The notes beneath the pieces are model-generated. The model did no database searches and was not told the DNA's origin. It saw only the letters and a list, made by a program, of their open reading frames with translations. From the NCBI GenBank assembly GCA_046045965.1, contig JBJOKS010000006.1, positions 112,998 through 176,997 on the forward strand: 64,000 bases of DNA, in the 5' to 3' direction. Positions 60,767-64,000 of this stretch are shown piece by piece. A program made the translations under genes and the position numbers. This DNA is from Cyanobacteriota bacterium. GTDB taxonomy: Bacteria; Cyanobacteriota; Cyanobacteriia; Cyanobacteriales; Nostocaceae. Numbering within the stretch: the stretch's first letter is position 1; every line of letters begins with the position of its first letter.

Positions 60767-63268
60767 ATTGTTGTCTCCTTTTACCCAGGTTTGGGCATAA
60801 TTCCAAATTCGTTTGACATCTTCTTTTCCTGGTTCTTTTTTAGTATTGCGAAATCCCTCATTAGAAATTGCAAAGATATTGAGAATATCCGTAACTATAT
60901 CTCTGACTGTTCCATTTAATGCTTGCCATCTTGCATCAGGTTTTTTACTACGATTATCCAAATGCAAACTGTAGACTATTAAAAGCCGAGTTAAGGCAGG
61001 TGATAAATCCTGTATTCTCAGATTCTGAGATGTACTTAATAGTTGCCAAAATCCTGCTGCACCATCCAAAATTGCAGATTCAAAAAACTCTTGATCACTG
61101 GCATATAATGGGTCAGGACTGCTAGTAGCAACAACCTTTACACCCAACAATAAAGGTAAAGCTAATGTTAAATAAATGGGTTCTACCCAAGCATCGGTAA
61201 CTGTTTTACCTTTGGTGGTAGTGTAAGTCATGGCCATAAATGGCAAATCTTTAGTCGAATAACTCCGCGAAAATCTCCCAGCTTCTGTTTCCTCTCTCCA
61301 AGGTAAATTTTGTAGTCCGTCGTGGTGCATTCCAGCATCTAACCAATGTTTACGGACTTCCCAAAGATTAACTCGTTTAAATTCATTGACTAAAACTTTG
61401 ACTGCTCTAGCTACTTGAGGCGAATAAACATAAGCTGGAAATATATAGAGAAACACTGGTTGTTGATCTTCTAGTTTCCCTGGTGGAGCATTCCAAAATG
61501 CTTGACGTAATAGCATTTCCAACGCCCAAATTTTAGATATACCCCGTTTAATTCTACCACCTCCCAAGGCATTTTTGTTACTATATTGTTGGGGTTTAAA
61601 CAAAACTACTGTATCTAATTGTTCTTCAGCTTGGGATTCACCACTACTCAAAGAACAGATAGGTTGATTATTAACTTTGGCTTTGGAATATGCAGTTAAT
61701 TCATTGGTAAACTCACTAATTTGATTAGTCAATGAACCAAGTTCTAGATATTGAACTAAATATTTAATAAAAGCTTCACGGGTAGGATTCGCTGTTTCTT
61801 TAAGTAACCCTTTTTCTGCTCCCCATGTCGCTAGGCGATCGCTTAATGTTTGCAGATATTCTTTGATTTGTTGTTCATCTAAAGCAGCGTGATTAGCAAT
61901 ATAATGAGCCGCTACTTGATACCAACCATAGTTTACTCCTCCAGATTGTATTTGTGCTTGTTCTGGGGTAATATAATTCTGTAATTCTAAAGTGTTTAAA
62001 ATCCAAGTTATATAATCCTGAGAACCTTCAAAAAATTCTCTCTGTGCCAGTATAATAAACTCTGCTAATCGGTCAGCCCTGATATCTGCACCTTGTAGTA
62101 AAAATGTACGTTCCGTATCATTGAGTTTTAACTTTTCTAATCGTTTGGGTGTAGCTGGAACTTTAGAATTAGCAACTTTAACTTGCACGACTTCAGGAAG
62201 CAATCGAATCAAATCACCAGAACTGAATAACTCTAAAGTTTGTGGAGCAATTTTTACACCCTTGCCATCACGAACAAAGCCAACATCACCACTTTGAAAA
62301 TATGCTGCTAATCCTTTTTGATTGTTTTCTTCATCACCATAAATTAAATTTTCCCAAACATTTGTTTGAATTTCTGTTAAGTCTGGTATCCCTGAATCAG
62401 ATGGTGCTAAATAAATTATACCCTGTGCAAAACACAGAATTTCTTCCCAACCTAATTGATGGGCAAAATTAACAACGGCATTATGAATTTGATTGGTGAT
62501 TAATCCCCGACAATCTCGCAGACGATGGTAAACTAACTTTTTGGGAATATTTAACCAATATAAATGATCTCGTAAGCGATCGCCTTTGGTACTGGTAACA
62601 ATTTCTGCTGGGTCTGATATATGCACCGCAATATCACCAAAAGCGAGTAAATGACGCAAAACATCATTTAAACGACGGTCATCTATGGTAAATTCTCGAT
62701 TGTCATTTTCCCAATTAGAAATGACTGGATTACTGTCAACACTAAATTGTGTATTTTGTGCTAAAAATGCTATTTCTAATAGATATTTTTGCCATTCTTC
62801 CCAAAATTCTTGAAAGTTTAACTTTGTACCTAATTCCTGACATAAATTAATGATATCATCAATTTCATGAGCCTTTGGTGGAGATTGTTCTTCTCCCTGA
62901 CCCCGCACATATTTATTATAATCATGCAAGGTCAACCCCAAACATAATAATTTTTTTTCAATTGGATTTAATTGTACTCTCTGGGGTAAATGTAAACTTA
63001 AATTCCATGCTGTTAATAGTCCATTTAAAACATGAACTAATAAACTTTGGTCAGCTTTATTTGCCCAGCGTTTAGCATTCTCTTGGGCGTATTTATCACC
63101 TTGTTTCACTAGGTTTTGATAGTGTACAATTTCCGAGCCACCCATAGCAGGAATGAGTCCAAATTCCCTTTCCATTGCTGGTAAAATTCTATCAATGAAT
63201 GATACTAGAATGGGGTCTGTATCTTCCGGTAATGTTTCAATCAGTAAAGTTTGCAGTAGAGTAGGCAT
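60323..63268 (-). CDS. cas10d: Type I-D large subunit Cas10d (Csc3) with N-terminal HD nuclease
   Basis: DQSLLVHVLNG..GLTLHDYNK, AFGD, FKPQQYSNK; upstream of cas7/cas5. Confidence 0.93.
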   Translation of the reverse strand: MPTLLQTLLIETLPEDTDPILVSFIDRILPAMEREFGLIPAMGGSEIVHYQNLVKQGDKYAQENAKRWANKADQSLLVHVLNGLLTAWNLSLHLPQRVQLNPIEKKLLCLGLTLHDYNKYVRGQGEEQSPPKAHEIDDIINLCQELGTKLNFQEFWEEWQKYLLEIAFLAQNTQFSVDSNPVISNWENDNREFTIDDRRLNDVLRHLLAFGDIAVHISDPAEIVTSTKGDRLRDHLYWLNIPKKLVYHRLRDCRGLITNQIHNAVVNFAHQLGWEEILCFAQGIIYLAPSDSGIPDLTEIQTNVWENLIYGDEENNQKGLAAYFQSGDVGFVRDGKGVKIAPQTLELFSSGDLIRLLPEVVQVKVANSKVPATPKRLEKLKLNDTERTFLLQGADIRADRLAEFIILAQREFFEGSQDYITWILNTLELQNYITPEQAQIQSGGVNYGWYQVAAHYIANHAALDEQQIKEYLQTLSDRLATWGAEKGLLKETANPTREAFIKYLVQYLELGSLTNQISEFTNELTAYSKAKVNNQPICSLSSGESQAEEQLDTVVLFKPQQYSNKNALGGGRIKRGISKIWALEMLLRQAFWNAPPGKLEDQQPVFLYIFPAYVYSPQVARAVKVLVNEFKRVNLWEVRKHWLDAGMHHDGLQNLPWREETEAGRFSRSYSTKDLPFMAMTYTTTKGKTVTDAWVEPIYLTLALPLLLGVKVVATSSPDPLYASDQEFFESAILDGAAGFWQLLSTSQNLRIQDLSPALTRLLIVYSLHLDNRSKKPDARWQALNGTVRDIVTDILNIFAISNEGFRNTKKEPGKEDVKRIWNYAQTWVKGDNNMQEKMKLIERIVTEYRQFYQVNVGESSHSILLPISKALEVILTVPNHLETDDIILQGAGQLYDALERQEAFKRPLLMNKNVEYSERKSQELIAIRQFMTTCVNDLFLGLYKGDRALLQENRNRIKSGAEFAYRWLALQSKNTEKPES

Positions 63269-63293
63269 GGCTAAAAAAATCTAATTTGTGGAT

Positions 63294-63872
63294 TTAAAAA
63301 ATGTATGGTTTACTTCTTTCACAAGGTTTAATTCGCCATTTTAGTGCTTCTAATAACAAAGCATCTTGATTAAAAGCACAAGCATGAAATTGTCCATCTG
63401 CATCTTTGAGTCGGTATAATCCAAAGGTATGACTTAAATAAAGATTCCGAGTAATTTCCCAATGACTATTAGCTTGAGAGCGATTTACCTGTACTAAAAA
63501 TGCTAGTAAATTTTTCTTACGTAAACAACGACTAACTTCTGTTTGTGGGTGTCCAGTAATACTCAGTTTATCAATAAAAGAAAGAGTACATTGTTTGAGT
63601 TCGTCGTTTAGGCGATCGCATTCCAAATCAACAGGAAATCTGGTATCTGACCAGCGTTGAATTTTGAGGTAAACTTGAATATATTTCTCAGGAAATTCTG
63701 TATGGGGATGATTAGCCTGTTTTGCAGCTTTTAAAAAATCATCTCTATCAACTATTTCAACTTCAGCCCAGGGTAACAATTTTAGTAAATCATAAGTATA
63801 AAATCGTTTTTCATCCCACACTGCGGCTTGTAAATCAGAACCACCCCTAAACCGCAATAGTTCCTGTTGTAT
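63294..63872 (-). pseudogene. cas3: C-terminal part of type I-D Cas3' helicase, cut off upstream by an insertion
   Basis: IQQELLRFRGGS..YDLL.LL..AFNQDALLLE directly upstream of cas10d; frame is closed by TGA at 63873-63875, no RBS/ATG. Confidence 0.75.
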
Positions 63873-63873
63873 T

Positions 63874-64000
63874 CAGGGTAAGCTCATCTAATTTGGTATA
63901 GTATGAACTTGACAAAATGACTAAGATAAGCATAAGCCAAGGGATAAGAAATATACTTGACAACAGAGCAAAAGAAATGGGATGAAAGCAATGCAATCGC
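63874..64000. mobile_element. Probable IS end (CAGGG-start, ISAs1-like) interrupting cas3; runs off the window
   Basis: CAGGGTAAGCTCATCTAATT begins exactly where cas3 coding ends; partner end not visible. Confidence 0.55.

Noticed and set aside
63294..63857. 187-aa ORF as an independent novel cas gene
   Set aside because: Position and motifs fit the Cas3' C-terminus, and the TTG start lacks an RBS.

Overview
Chromosomal window from a filamentous heterocyst-type cyanobacterium (Nostocales-like), judged from abundant HIP1 GCGATCGC sites, heptamer STRR repeats, psbB/psbT and Yfr1 between guaB and trxA. Most of it is housekeeping: psbB-psbT, rps1, leuCD, tRNA-Ala/trhO, hcp with a Crp/Fnr regulator, a sulfate ABC cluster, guaB-Yfr1-trxA, nucleoside salvage genes, ilvA, murD and glyS. 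Accessory content includes two toxin-antitoxin pairs, an LRR-ROCO GTPase, MITE/IS elements and a decayed metal-response island. The right end holds a type I-D CRISPR-Cas locus with 52 intact 37-bp repeats; its trailer repeat carries an IS insertion and its cas3 frame is broken at an IS-like end. The most striking unexplained structure lies in the ~2 kb 'empty' region 35.9-37.6 kb. It holds six tandem, diverged mini transcription units. Each has a 13-bp box, exactly 26 bp, a TANNNT -10 hexamer, a ~20-27 nt variable segment and an intrinsic terminator. This looks like an unannotated array of co-regulated ~50-57 nt small RNAs.
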